Source: Octopus vulgaris (taxonomy: Eukaryota). Taken from it: a stretch of 64,000 bases of DNA. The translations under genes were made by a program, and so were the position numbers. The notes below the pieces were generated by a model. It searched no databases, had not been told where the DNA came from, and saw nothing but the letters and a program-made list of their open reading frames with translations. The DNA is taken from assembly GCA_951406725.2 (NCBI GenBank), contig OX597836.1:20646001-20710000 (forward strand), written 5' to 3'. Each line of letters begins with the position of its first letter. Within the stretch, counting starts at the first letter, position 1. Shown here piece after piece: positions 38,893 to 50,551 of the stretch.

Positions 38893-40392
38893 GGGGGGGG
38901 CAAGAAGGGAGAGAGAGACACACACACACACCTAGTTTAACTGGGTCTCTGTCCATTTGTCCTGCATCTGGATGCTGACAGTGGGTATCACCTATCTTAT
39001 CTCAACAATTTAAACAGATGCTTCTATATTTAGTACGAGATTTACTGCTTAAACGTCACAAAATAGGACAGGAGAATGTATAAATTGAGCTCTATATACA
39101 GAAAAGGAGAGAGTAAGAGAGAGAGAGAGAGACTGACAGAAACACAGAGAGACTGAGACGGAGTTAATTGAATCATTTAAAGTCGTTGATAAAATGTTTT
39201 TTGTTTAATTCAGGCAAAATTTGTTCTTGGAAATGTAGTTCACATTTCATCAAATTTGATGATTTCTACAACCATACACTAAATGGTCTTCAGTTCTGAT
39301 AGTCTGCTGTCAGTTAAACAGAAATGGTAAAAATGTAGATGCATTCTCAATGTCATTTAATCCTTTAGCCTTCAAATTATTCTGTCAAATGTAATGCATT
39401 GTCATTCACATTATTTTTAATTAATCATGCATTATCTTATAATAACAATAATAATAATCCTTTTTGCTATAGGGACAAGGCCCGAATTTTTGAAGGTAGG
39501 GTGAGTTGATGACATTAATCCCAGTTTTTAACTGGTACTTATGGACCTTGAAAGGATGAAAGGCAAAGTCAACTTTGAAATAATTTGAACTCAGTACATA
39601 AAACCCTGAAACAAATGCTGCAAAGCACTTTGTCTTATGCTCTGATAATTCTAGCAGTAGTAGTAGTAACACTAATAATAATAATTATTAATATTATTAT
39701 TTCCAACTTTGGCATAAAATCAGAGACGGGGAAGAGAACAGAGTGTATATTGGTCACCCATATCTCAAGGACATTAATGGTGGAAAGGAAGTGAAGTGAG
39801 ACCAGCTTATGTATGAGTCATTTAAGAACTGACCTCTCTCCTCCTCCACCACTGCGGTAGTGCTTGCCAAAAACAATACCAGTAAATAGTAATAATGATT
39901 ATTTCAGTTTATACTTCAATTTGTACAACCAATTAATTAGGTTCTCTTAAGCTCAATTTATATATTTATTTATTTATTTTATATCTCAGCTGGCAAAGAA
40001 TGGTATTTTAAGTTTATGTGGCTGATATTTGGTTCACTGGGCCAATGATTAGTTTCTGCGGCTAACCATTTCTGATGGTGAGAATGACAAAGGAATGTCT
40101 GTGTAATGCAAAGCAAAACAATTATCACAAGGGACTTCATCTGATAAACACTGGTTTTGCAGTTTACATCCAGTACTAATATAGAATGGCATATAAACAT
40201 CGGTAAATAAATCTGTTGAAATAATTGCATACTGATTAAATAAGCTGTCAAGCAAAATTTGAAAACCCAGTCAACACAAATTTTATAATAAAGCTAATTC
40301 TACATTTAGCATTAAGTGTTCTTATCAGTAAATGTCTTCTTGTAATTCCTAAAATTACTTTCAAAGGATAACTTTAAATAAACTATGTACGT

Positions 40393-40477
<85 letters not shown>

Positions 40478-40488
<11 letters not shown>

Positions 40489-40902
40489 GGCAGTTTGTCT
40501 GTCTGTGTGTCTGTCAGGTTCTACCCTCACCCTGACCACGGCTTTCAACCGATTCTGATGAAACTTGACACACACATAGCCCAATGTCATAATTCAAAAC
40601 TAACGCAGCGAAAATTTTGAAAAGTTCCCCCAGTTCTGAAAAAAATTGATAAATTCGACATGGGGTCGAGAATCTAAGCTTTTTATATGCAACATATTTT
40701 CTGTCTAGGGGACACAACTCGACCTTTTTATCGCCCAAAGGGACAGCTAGGAACATCGTATACACAGAAGTATTCGAGTGAAGAGAAGACATTGCAACCT
40801 ACATATGCGCCTTCGTTCCCTAGAGGGAAAGGACTAGATTGGGATTAGTCGTTGCCTACTAGGGGCTCTTACATACCCAGGCAATGCCGGGCTATGCTGC
40901 TA

Positions 40903-40903
<1 letters not shown>
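40478..40903 (+). mobile_element. Non-autonomous Helitron inserted in (TA)n
   Basis: 5' tatataaa...(gtct)n; 3' hairpin cccaggcaatgccggg followed by CTAG|T; 3' end resembles the 12401 element. Confidence 0.78.
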
Positions 40904-40954
<51 letters not shown>

Positions 40955-41196
40955 GTACATATATATCATGAACTAACTGTTACTTTCTCAGATGCAGCAT
41001 GGAGTTTTGTCAGTGAACAGGTCGCGGTCCCAAAGCGATGAAAATATTTTGACAAATTAAATTTAAATGTTGAAGTGAATCTAACGGTTTTTGTGTGATT
41101 CTTAAATGGCTTATAAACATCTTCCACGCTGCAATTGTTTTCGTTCCAGCACACAATCTCAGATCAGGTCACTTGCTATGCAAGTACATCTCCATA

Positions 41197-41227
<31 letters not shown>

Positions 41228-41449
41228 CATACATATATAAAGGGTCTATGAAGCAATAAATGGGTAGTCTTTAACTTTTACTATCCAAAGGAGTTATCAA
41301 CCTAATATTTACATGCTATTAATTATAGTTAAATGTGCTTTGAGGTCCAATCTCCTAAAAAGGAATTATTTCTTATTCTCTTGAAAGTTTATGTCTTGTG
41401 ACGTCAACGTATTTGTCTATATATATATATATAAATTTTTATTTTTTCT

Positions 41450-41538
41450 GAATGAGATAAAAAAACCAAGGCTGTGAAGATTTTAGAACATTTATAAATG
41501 TTCTAAAATCTTCACAGCCTTGGTTTTTTATCTCATTC
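41450..41538. repeat. Spacer-less palindrome, ~44-bp arms, centred on tttataaa (41491-41498)
   Basis: gaatgagat(a)7ccaaggctgtgaagattttagaacattta|taaatgttctaaaatcttcacagccttgg(t)6atctcattc. Confidence 0.93.
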
Positions 41539-41699
41539 TGAAAGAGAAATTTTTTATATATACACATGCTGATATATGACCTATGTTGGACTCATTTGCA
41601 TAATCACTGAACATGGAGCTTAACTATGGCCTATCCATAGCACTTACTCAGCATTACCTGACACCTTTGGGTGTTATTGACACCATTACCTCTCATAAC

Positions 41700-41736
<37 letters not shown>

Positions 41737-42289
41737 GAATTATTTAATATTTAATTCTTATGCTTTCCTAAAAACTTGATTTCGAAACGTACGTCCGTAG
41801 ATAACTTAAAATTGTATGATAGATTGCCGTCAATTCATTCCCTCTTACCTGTTTGTGTCTGCCTTCCAATTGCTGTTTTTACTGAGATCTCCCTTTTTAG
41901 TAGAAGAAATAGCTATAACTCTTTGACTGCTATTTCTAAATTCGGTATGTGGTAAGGCAATTCGTTGCCAAACCCTTTATTGCTTAGTATTACTTAAATT
42001 TTCCTCGAATGAGGCTTTTACATGCCGAAGACTACTTGGTGTTATTGATAATTATTCCAAATTAATTAATTTCACCCTTCATTATTACGGATAACCATAT
42101 TTTATCTCAGTAGATGACCACAGCATCTTGTTTTGGCTACACGCGGGTGGGAAGGGGCTGGTGACACAATCTTTTCATTCACACATTGAATTTGGTGATA
42201 CTAGTTGCGGATTCTAGCTCGCTCTGATACTGAGTTGAGTTGATGCCTTCTAGTATCTCAAAATTCAATATATAATCATTTATGATTAT

Positions 42290-42400
42290 AGTATTCTACG
42301 CTGAAGAGAAAAGAAGTTCTTGGTAAGATAGAATTATTTAATATTTAATTCTTATGCTTTCCTAAAAACTTGATTTCGAAACGTCCGTCCGTAGATAACT
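42290..42400 (+). ncRNA. Type I hammerhead ribozyme, predicted cleavage after GUC at 42389
   Basis: tctacg-CTGAAGA-[long stem II, gaaa...tttc]-GAAA-c-gtcc-g-TC-cgtaga. Stem I is tctacg/cgtaga. The stem III loop is gtcc in this copy and gtac in the other two. Confidence 0.8.
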
Positions 42401-42882
42401 TAAAATTGTATGATAGATTGCCGTCAATTCATTCCCTCTTACCTGTTTGTGTCTGCCTTCCAATTGCTGTTTTTACTGAGATCTCCTTTTTAGTAGAAGA
42501 AATAGCTATAACTCTTTGACTGCTATTTCTAAATTCGGTATGTGGTAAGGCAATTCGTTGCCAAACCCTTTATTGCTTAGTATTACTTAAATTTTCCTCG
42601 AATGAGGCTTTTACATGCCGAAGACTACTTGGTGTTATTGATAATTATTCCAAATTAATTAATTTCACCCTTCATTATTACGGATAACCATATTTTATCT
42701 CAGTAGATGACCACAGCATCTTGTTTTGGCTACACGCGGGTGGGAAGGGGCTGGTGACACAATCTTTTCATTCACACATTGAATTTGGTGATACTAGTTG
42801 CGGATTCTAGCTCGCTCTGATACTGAGTTGAGTTGATGCCTTCTAGTATCTCAAAATTCAATATATAATCATTTATGATTAT

Positions 42883-42993
42883 AGTATTCTACGCTGAAGA
42901 GAAAAGAAGTTCTTGGTAAGATAGAATTATTTAATATTTAATTCTTATGCTTTCCTAAAAACTTGATTTCGAAACGTACGTCCGTAGATAACT
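42883..42993 (+). ncRNA. Type I hammerhead ribozyme, predicted cleavage after GUC at 42982
   Basis: tctacg-CTGAAGA(42894-42900)-[stem II, 70 nt]-GAAA(42971-42974)-cgtacg-TC-cgtaga. Full conserved core with a palindromic stem III (acgtacgt). Confidence 0.87.
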
Positions 42994-43173
42994 TAAAATT
43001 GTATGATAGATTGCCGTCAATTCATTCCCTCTTACCTGTTTGTGTCTGCCTTCCAATTGCTGTTTTTACTGAGATCTCCCTTTTTAGTAGAAGAAATAGC
43101 TATAACTCTTTGACTGCTATTTCTAAATTCGGTATGTGGTAAGGCAATTCGTTGCCAAACCCTTTATTGCTTA

Positions 43174-43251
<78 letters not shown>

Positions 43252-44129
43252 ATATGCTTTGTGGTACAAACAGGAGTAATAGAACTCAGTTCACAAAAGC
43301 AGACCATATGTATTTCTTTGTTAGTAAGCTGTAAAATCACCTAGGGTGACGCAAGAGTCACGAGTTTCATGTATGGCACTTATACCATATAGAAAACTCT
43401 TGCAGCTTTACAGTTAATAAACTAAACACACGCATACAGATGGTAAGGCTTCTATAAATGTTTCTGTCAACCAAATTCCACTCACAAAACTTTAATCAAC
43501 CCAAGGTTATAATAAAAGAGACCTGTTTAGAATGCTGCACCATGCGATGAAACTGGAAACCATGTGGCTGTGAGACTGAATTGTTAACCTCACAGCCAAT
43601 GTCTGCACCCACAGCTTGCAGTCTGTTAATTTTCAAACACATCAGCCAACAACTGAAACAGGATCTTACTGTATAATTTGATCCTAACAGGAAATAATAT
43701 GGACTTTGATTTCTTTTTCTTAGTAATGAAGAAAAAGAAATAACTACAATCCTCTCCCAATCGGAAACCAGAATTTACGAGACAGCATTTGTGCAAATAT
43801 AGTGATAAATTGCAGTGAGGACTGTAGATATGTAAATGTATGCAATGTAAAAATTATTTGTCACAGTCTTGTCGATAGGACGATGTTGCATGAGAACATT
43901 CTATTTATAATGTTAGCAATGATGCACATGCAGAATCTCTATGGTTGCTTGAAGTACTTATATATAAGATAAGGGCCATATCTGTTTTAAATTATACCTT
44001 TCTGTCTGTGAGAGAGCTTCTACATGGTCACTTAATTTGCTAGGAAATAGCAACCAAATATCTCTCAAACCATACCATATCATCTTTAAAAAAGAAGGCC
44101 ACATTAATCAACGTCCTAATAAAAAGAAA

Positions 44130-44403
44130 CAAAAGGCCTGGATAGTCATGGCTGGAGTGACCTTCACCATATATCTGCTCAATTGGGAATGACTGAGGAC
44201 TAAACAACAATAAGGGACAAATATAGATATACAAAAAGAGACAGGTTGATCAAATCTGAAACATTTTTGGTCATAGGTCTGCTTAATAATGGCTGATTTG
44301 GGGACTAAACAACAATACAAAAAGACAGGGTGGTCATGGCTGGAATGTTTTTGGTCATAAGCCTGCTTGGTCAAAAGTAATTTATGGACTAAACAACTAT
44401 AAT
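44130..44403 (+). repeat. Three diverged tandem copies of a dispersed-repeat 3' end (gtcatggctggaatg...ggactaaacaacaa)
   Basis: The same tail is seen singly at ~21590-21660 and ~61860-61930. Confidence 0.7.
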
Positions 44404-44724
44404 AACAACATAAATATGACAGAAGTGTCATATATGTGAATAATAACTTATGATTGTAATCTGAACACCCTACACACTAGGCCACACCCCCACACAGGTG
44501 ACTATCACATATAATTTGTCCTCATAATAATAAAGGAATGTTTGCTGTTTTTTCTATATAAATAACATGCTCTAAAACCTGTAAAGTTTCTACTTCATCA
44601 AATTCACTTCTGTAACATGGATAAACTAATTGTTTGAGAACAGAAATGTCTCATCGTTTATTACACTATAATTAATTACAATATCACAAGATTTTGTTAT
44701 GCATACTCTTTTGAAGATCAATAA

Positions 44725-45625
44725 TTAATGGCTTCAAATTTTGGCACAAGGCCAGCAATTTCAGGGCAGGGGATAAGTCAATTACATCAACCCCAGTGCT
44801 TGACTGGTATTTATTTTACCGACCCTGAAAGAATGAAAAGCAAAGTTGACCTCAGCAGAATTTGAACTCAGATTGTAAAGACGGACAAAACAATTTTAAA
44901 TGTTTATAGGGATTGCATTTTTTTTTCTTAAGGTTTAGTCAGGAAATAGAAGACAACACTTATGATCCTTCTTAGGTTATAGGGTGCTGTCCATGACTAG
45001 TGAAAGGGGAGGAAGTTATCCTTAGATTATCGACCTGGCTCAAATGTTTGCAAAGGAGTGGCATGCTAACAATTCTACTAACTCACTGCCCTAAGATCTA
45101 CAATAATAATAATAATAATGGTTTCAAATTTTTCCACAAGGGTAGCAGTTTTGTAGGAGGGGATGAACCGATTAATAATCCTTTCTACTAAAGGCACACA
45201 GCCTGAAATTTGGTGGGAGAAGGCTAGTTGGTTACATCGATCCCAGTTTCACTGGTACTTAATTTACTGACCCCAAAAGGATGAAAGACAAAGTTGACTT
45301 CGGCAGAATTTGAACTCAGAACGTAAAGACAGACAAAATGCTGCTAAGCATTTTGCCTGGCATACTAACGATTCTGCTAGCACACCATCTTAATAGTAAT
45401 AATAATCTCTACTACAGGCAGGCACAAGACCTGAATATTTTGGGGAGAGGGAGTTAGTTGATTACATCAGCCCCCAATGCTCAAGTGAGACTTATTTTGT
45501 TGATCCCAAAAGGATTAAATGCTGTCAACCTCAGCACATTTGAACTCGGAATGTATAGCAGGAGAGAAATGTTGCTAAGCATTTTGTCTGGCATGTTAAT
45601 AACTCTGCTAGCTTGCCGCCTTCAC
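44725..45625 (-). mobile_element. Head-to-tail SINE family B cluster separated by (AAT)n
   Basis: Three to four copies in the same orientation; the first is interrupted by a 174-bp duplicated segment. Confidence 0.85.
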
Positions 45626-47269
45626 AATAACAATAATAACAACAATAATAAACGTTCAAAGTCTCTTAAAAGTATACAGTTTCAAATATAATAACAATCC
45701 ATTTGAACTTTTACAGTTTAATGCGTTAAAACAGTATTGTATGTACATTAAAATATTGGATGTCAAAGTTTATAAAGAATTCGAAGTCAGATGATTTAGA
45801 TTTTATCCAATCATCTTACAGTTTGCTTTCAAATGCATTGAAGAGTCAGACAAGAAACAAGGTTGACATGGTTTTAATGTTAGAGGTTTCCATACAAACT
45901 TGTATTATGGTACTAAATAGAAGTGACATAACAGCTAACAATAAACACAACAGGCCTGTGTACATAACAACATTTCAATTTGAGTATGCTAGCATTGATT
46001 ATATGTGATGGTTATTAAGATTAATTAAAACTGACTTAATTGCCATTTTGTAAAATTATAATACACAGTAATTTAAAGCATGGCTGTGTGGTTAAGAAGT
46101 TTGCTTCCCAACCATGTGGTTATGGGTTCAGCCCCATGGTACAGCCCCTTGAGCAAGTATTGGCTACATCTGGTACATGGAAACTGAAGGAAGCCTGTGG
46201 TATATATGTATATATATCTATATGTACGTTGTTGTGTTCTATTGTGTTTGTCTATCACCACCACTTGGCAACTCGTGTTGGTTAGTTTGTGTGTCCTTAA
46301 CTTTTGCAGTTTGGCAAAAGACACTGATAGAATAAGTATCAGACTTAGAAATAAGTATTGGGACTGATTTGTTCAACAAAACCCTTTAAGGTAGTGTGCC
46401 CTAGCATGGCTGTAGTCCAATGACTGAAGCTAATAACAGATAAATGATAGCCAAGAATCTGAAGTTTCTAACACCTTTTCCATGTTGTGATTAATATTAC
46501 TTAAAGTGGCTTAATTATCATTTTATAGTGTATTTTATAAGCTTAAAAAATTATACGTTAAAATTTGAGGAATCTAGCATTGCTAAGGTGCTTCCATTCT
46601 TGGCTGCTATGTCACATCCATTTTGTACAGGAGGTCAAAATTCATAAGGACAAAAAAAAAAAATAAATAAAAATTAACAAAAAGAAAAGAAACCCTCCAT
46701 TGTCAGCCACATTTATCAAAATAAGTTATGAAGTTTAAAGAATTGAGAATATCCAGTACAAAAGCTAAACAATTTTAAATGTTTATAGGGATTGCTTTTT
46801 TTTTCTTAAGGTTTAGTCAGGAAATCGAAGACAACGATTATGATCCTTCTTGGGTTATAGGGTGCTGTCCGTGACTAGTGAAAGGGGAGGAAGTTATCCT
46901 TAGATTAGCGACCTGGCTCAAATGTTTGCAAAGGAGTGGACTCTGCGGAAGACACCCAAGGGCCAAGTGAAATCTATCAACTGCACATGAAGAGTAAATC
47001 TGGGCAAGAATTTTTGAGGAAGGCCAGCAGTTGTCTGTGCATGCAAGTATTCCCCGTCCTTACAACTGTTGCCTATCCAAAAGCCATCAACATGGGCCAA
47101 TACAGCTTGACACCAGTGTTATTGCAGGCATTGCTGTCAGGAAGCAAAGAGCCTGAATTGTTGCTACAAGGCATCTTTCTCGACTCTCTGACAGTTCAGT
47201 TGATTTTTCCCCCACCCTGGATTTGTGCCTTTATATAATCAATACATTTCATTAGAACAACTCAAATAT

Positions 47270-47501
47270 ATTTCTTTACTACCCACAAGGGGCTAAACAT
47301 AGAGGGGACAAACAAGGACAGACAAACGGATTAAGTTGATTACATCAACCCCAGTGCGTAACAGGTGCTTAATTTATTGACCCTCAAAGGATGAAAGACA
47401 AAGTCGACCTCGGCGGAATTTGAACCCAGAACGTAACAGCAGACGAAATACGGCTACGCATTTCGCCCGGCGCGCTAACGTTTCTGCCAGTTCGCCGCCT
47501 T
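47270..47501 (-). mobile_element. Young SINE family B copy
   Basis: Highly similar to the 22077 and 56881 copies. Confidence 0.9.
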
Positions 47502-47663
47502 AATAGCATATATAAATATATTTTGATTAAACAAACAAAGAAGAAAACATTTAAAAAAAAAGAAAGAAAATTAAAGATTTACCGATTGTCATTTTTCTTC
47601 TTTTTACCATTTACAAGTAAAAAAACAAAACAACAGACTATGAGATTGAAGAAAATTTACTAC

Positions 47664-48542
47664 CTTTGTTTTGCATAATTCCTGTGCAACATCAATGCTG
47701 TGAATAGACTCAGAAACAACACCACCGAATTGGGACAAAGGAAAGCTGTCTGTTTCTATGGAAGCTTTCTCCTCATTATCAATGAGATTTAATGCTAAAG
47801 AAGCCTCTTGAGCCTCAGAAATGCCATCGGAAGACTCATCTTCAGAGTGTTTAGACGATAAGCTTAAATCAGTTTCATGTGATTCCACCTCAGATTCAAT
47901 GAGTGGTGATTTCAAGTTTGATTTTACCACCGTAGCTGTTATTAAGTCTTCGTCCTCATAGAAGCTGTCCTCGCGGATCAAGTTCTGTGTTTTGGCAGTT
48001 CCCAACTTAATATCAGTAGGCTTTGGAGGGAGAGCTGGTTTCAAAGGTTGAGTTAGCAGATCAGGACTCAGTTCTGGATATGAGTACAGAGGCTCTTGTA
48101 ATGAGACTGATTTAGTTTTGTCTGGAAACTCTGCAATTACATTACTTTCTTCTCTAAATTCCAAAGTGTTGACCACCTGATAATTCTCTTCTAAGCTAGC
48201 AGTTGGTTCAAAAGTAGGAGCAGCAGCAGCAGCAGTAGTAGCAGCAGCAGCAGCTAGCAGAACTGGCTGCTCAGAAGTAACAGAAGCATCAACATCAACA
48301 TCAGCATCAATATCAACATCAACATCAACAGTAGCCTCAGTAATGGTAGTAGTAGAAGTAGTAGTAGTAGTAGCAGCAGCAGTACTAGCAGCAGCAGTAT
48401 ATAGTGATGGTGGTGGTAGTGTAGGTGATGCACGTGGTGATGCTAATGGTGATGATAAGGATGATGATAATGAAGGGACTGCAGAGTTGGAAATAGCATG
48501 TGCAGAACTCAGTGGAACAAGTGGTGCATTTAAATACAGGAT
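47664..48542 (-). CDS. MPDZ: Large low-complexity linker exon of the multi-PDZ gene (293 aa, Ser/Thr/Ala/Pro/acidic-rich, phase 0-0)
   Basis: Within the 328-aa ORF 47604-48590. Acceptor tatgtttcttgcctgcag|ATC and probable donor AAG|gtagta; phase fits the neighbouring exons. The donor position is less certain than the acceptor. Confidence 0.75.
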
Positions 48543-50232
48543 CTGCAGGCAAGAAACATAGAAGACAACATCGAGAATAGAAACATGCACAATAATTTTA
48601 TAAAGTTAACAGCATCATGCACAAGAATTTTCAAAAGTATTTATAAAAAAAAAAAAAAAAGCCGAAATCCAAGAAAAAGAAAGAAAGAAGTTATATCAGA
48701 AAAAGATAAAGAAGAAAAAAAAATAAGAGAGAGCTTTAAGCACTCGCATCAAAAAACAAGTTTATTTTTCTTAAAAAAATGCTTTCAGTTTTTCAGCACA
48801 CACACACACATACACAAACACACACACGTGTATGTTTGTTTGTGTGTGCGTGTGCGTGCATGCATGCCTATATGCATACATGTATGTAATTTATTTTTTA
48901 AAAATATTTTCTCTGTTTATATTTTACAGTTATTTAAACAAATTTCTAATGTAAATTCATCTTTTTATTGAGTGATATTATTTTCAGCTAAAACTATAAA
49001 CTATTTTCATTTCTAGTTTTCATAATCTTAGATAAACCATAAAGTTTCTATAAGCTTTGTACAAAATACAAGCCACAATAATCACATAGAGCAATATTAT
49101 GAACATTGTGAATAAATGCCAAGATAAGGATTTTCAATGAGGAAGAAGTATAAAATAATCTCACAGACTCACAATTTATATATATATATATATATATGAT
49201 TAGGTGGCTGAGGGCTACATGCAAGGAACTTCAAGAAATGTGAAGTTGAGTCAAATACATGTAACTCCAACAGATGTATTGAGTGCTACTTTCTTTCAAA
49301 GGTTCACCCGTGTATGAGTGTGAGTATTTATGTAGATCTTATTTTTCATCAAAAACAATCATTATCTTTTTAAAAAAACACCTTGGCAACTATATTGAGG
49401 ATACTTTTTCTGAGCAATTTTACTGAGAAAATATTGCTGAGAAAACAAGTCCTGTATGGTTAGAAATGAATAAACATAAGACATAATTATAGGAAATAGT
49501 TTAAGGTAAAGGAAAAATAATTTATTTAGGGTCCAAAAAAATATATATATGTATGTATTTGTATTATCTTAAAATATATCCTGCCTTATATACATACTGA
49601 ATTTCTGGTGAAAAAGTTTTTAAAATATTTATGGAAAAAAAAAGCGAAACAAATATGAAATATTTTACACAATGAATAAGCATTTAATATTTACATGGAA
49701 AGCAGATATATTTGTAATTTTCAACATGCATTAAAAACTTTAACAACAATGATAATAACATTAAGAAGATGAAGAAGAAAGAGTGGCAGAAAGAAGGAAG
49801 GAGAGAAAGAAAAGAAAGATAAACAATAATAGAATTAGATTCTTCAGATGGATAAGAGAATAAAGAAATTATCAGATAAGCCAGTGTCAAAAATTTAAGT
49901 TGAAGAAAAAAATTTTGCTATGTATAGAGATAGCTAATGTGAAAGTTTTCTAGGAGAGCATTGTCTAAATTTAATAAACTGAGACATTTATATGGATGAA
50001 CAGGGCATGGATATGTATAATGCATGTGTGTATATCTTATCTACCTACTTATAATTTATTTATGTATGAATGTATATATGTATCTGTGTGTTAAAAAAAA
50101 TGAAAACACTTGAGAAGTTTCTCTACTACACTAAATTACATGTATAACACTTCTCAAAACAAGCAGGAACCGCCGGGTCTCTAGAATGAAATTTCTCAAG
50201 TGCTCGCAGCTACAAAAGTCATGTAAATATAA

Positions 50233-50233
50233 G

Positions 50234-50271
<38 letters not shown>

Positions 50272-50516
50272 AAGAGTGTGTCTGTGTCTGTGTGTGAGGA
50301 GAGAGAGAGAAAGAGTGTGTGTGTGTGTGAGAGAGAGGAGAGAGAGAGTGTGTGTGTGTGTGTGTGAGAGAGAGGAGAGAGAGAGAGTGTGTGTGTGTGA
50401 GAGAGGAGAGAGAGTGTGTGTGTGTGAGAGGAGAGAGAGAGTGTGTGTGTGTGAGAGAGGAGAGAGAGAGTGTGTGTGAGTGTGTGTGTGTGTGTGTGAG
50501 AGAGGAGAGTGTGTGA

Positions 50517-50548
<32 letters not shown>
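50233..50548. repeat. Alternating (GT)n/(GA)n compound microsatellite
   Basis: Direct reading; blocks recur roughly every 25-35 bp. Confidence 0.95.

Positions 50549-50551
<3 letters not shown>

Larger units (their letters stand above)
41734..43176 (+). mobile_element. Tandem array (~2.4 x 594/593 bp) of a hammerhead-containing retrozyme / Penelope-like terminal-repeat unit inserted in (TA)n
   Basis: The motif gaattatttaatatttaattc recurs at 41737, 42331 and 42924. Copies differ by only a few bases, there is (TA)n on both sides, no ORF of 60 aa or more, and a hammerhead core at each unit junction. Confidence 0.85.

Noticed and set aside
46918-47238. Overlapping 60-aa and 100-aa ORFs as an exon or pseudogene
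   Set aside because: No recognisable protein similarity in any frame and no clear splice sites.
48343-48561. Plus-strand 72-aa ORF
   Set aside because: Antisense shadow of the low-complexity coding exon.
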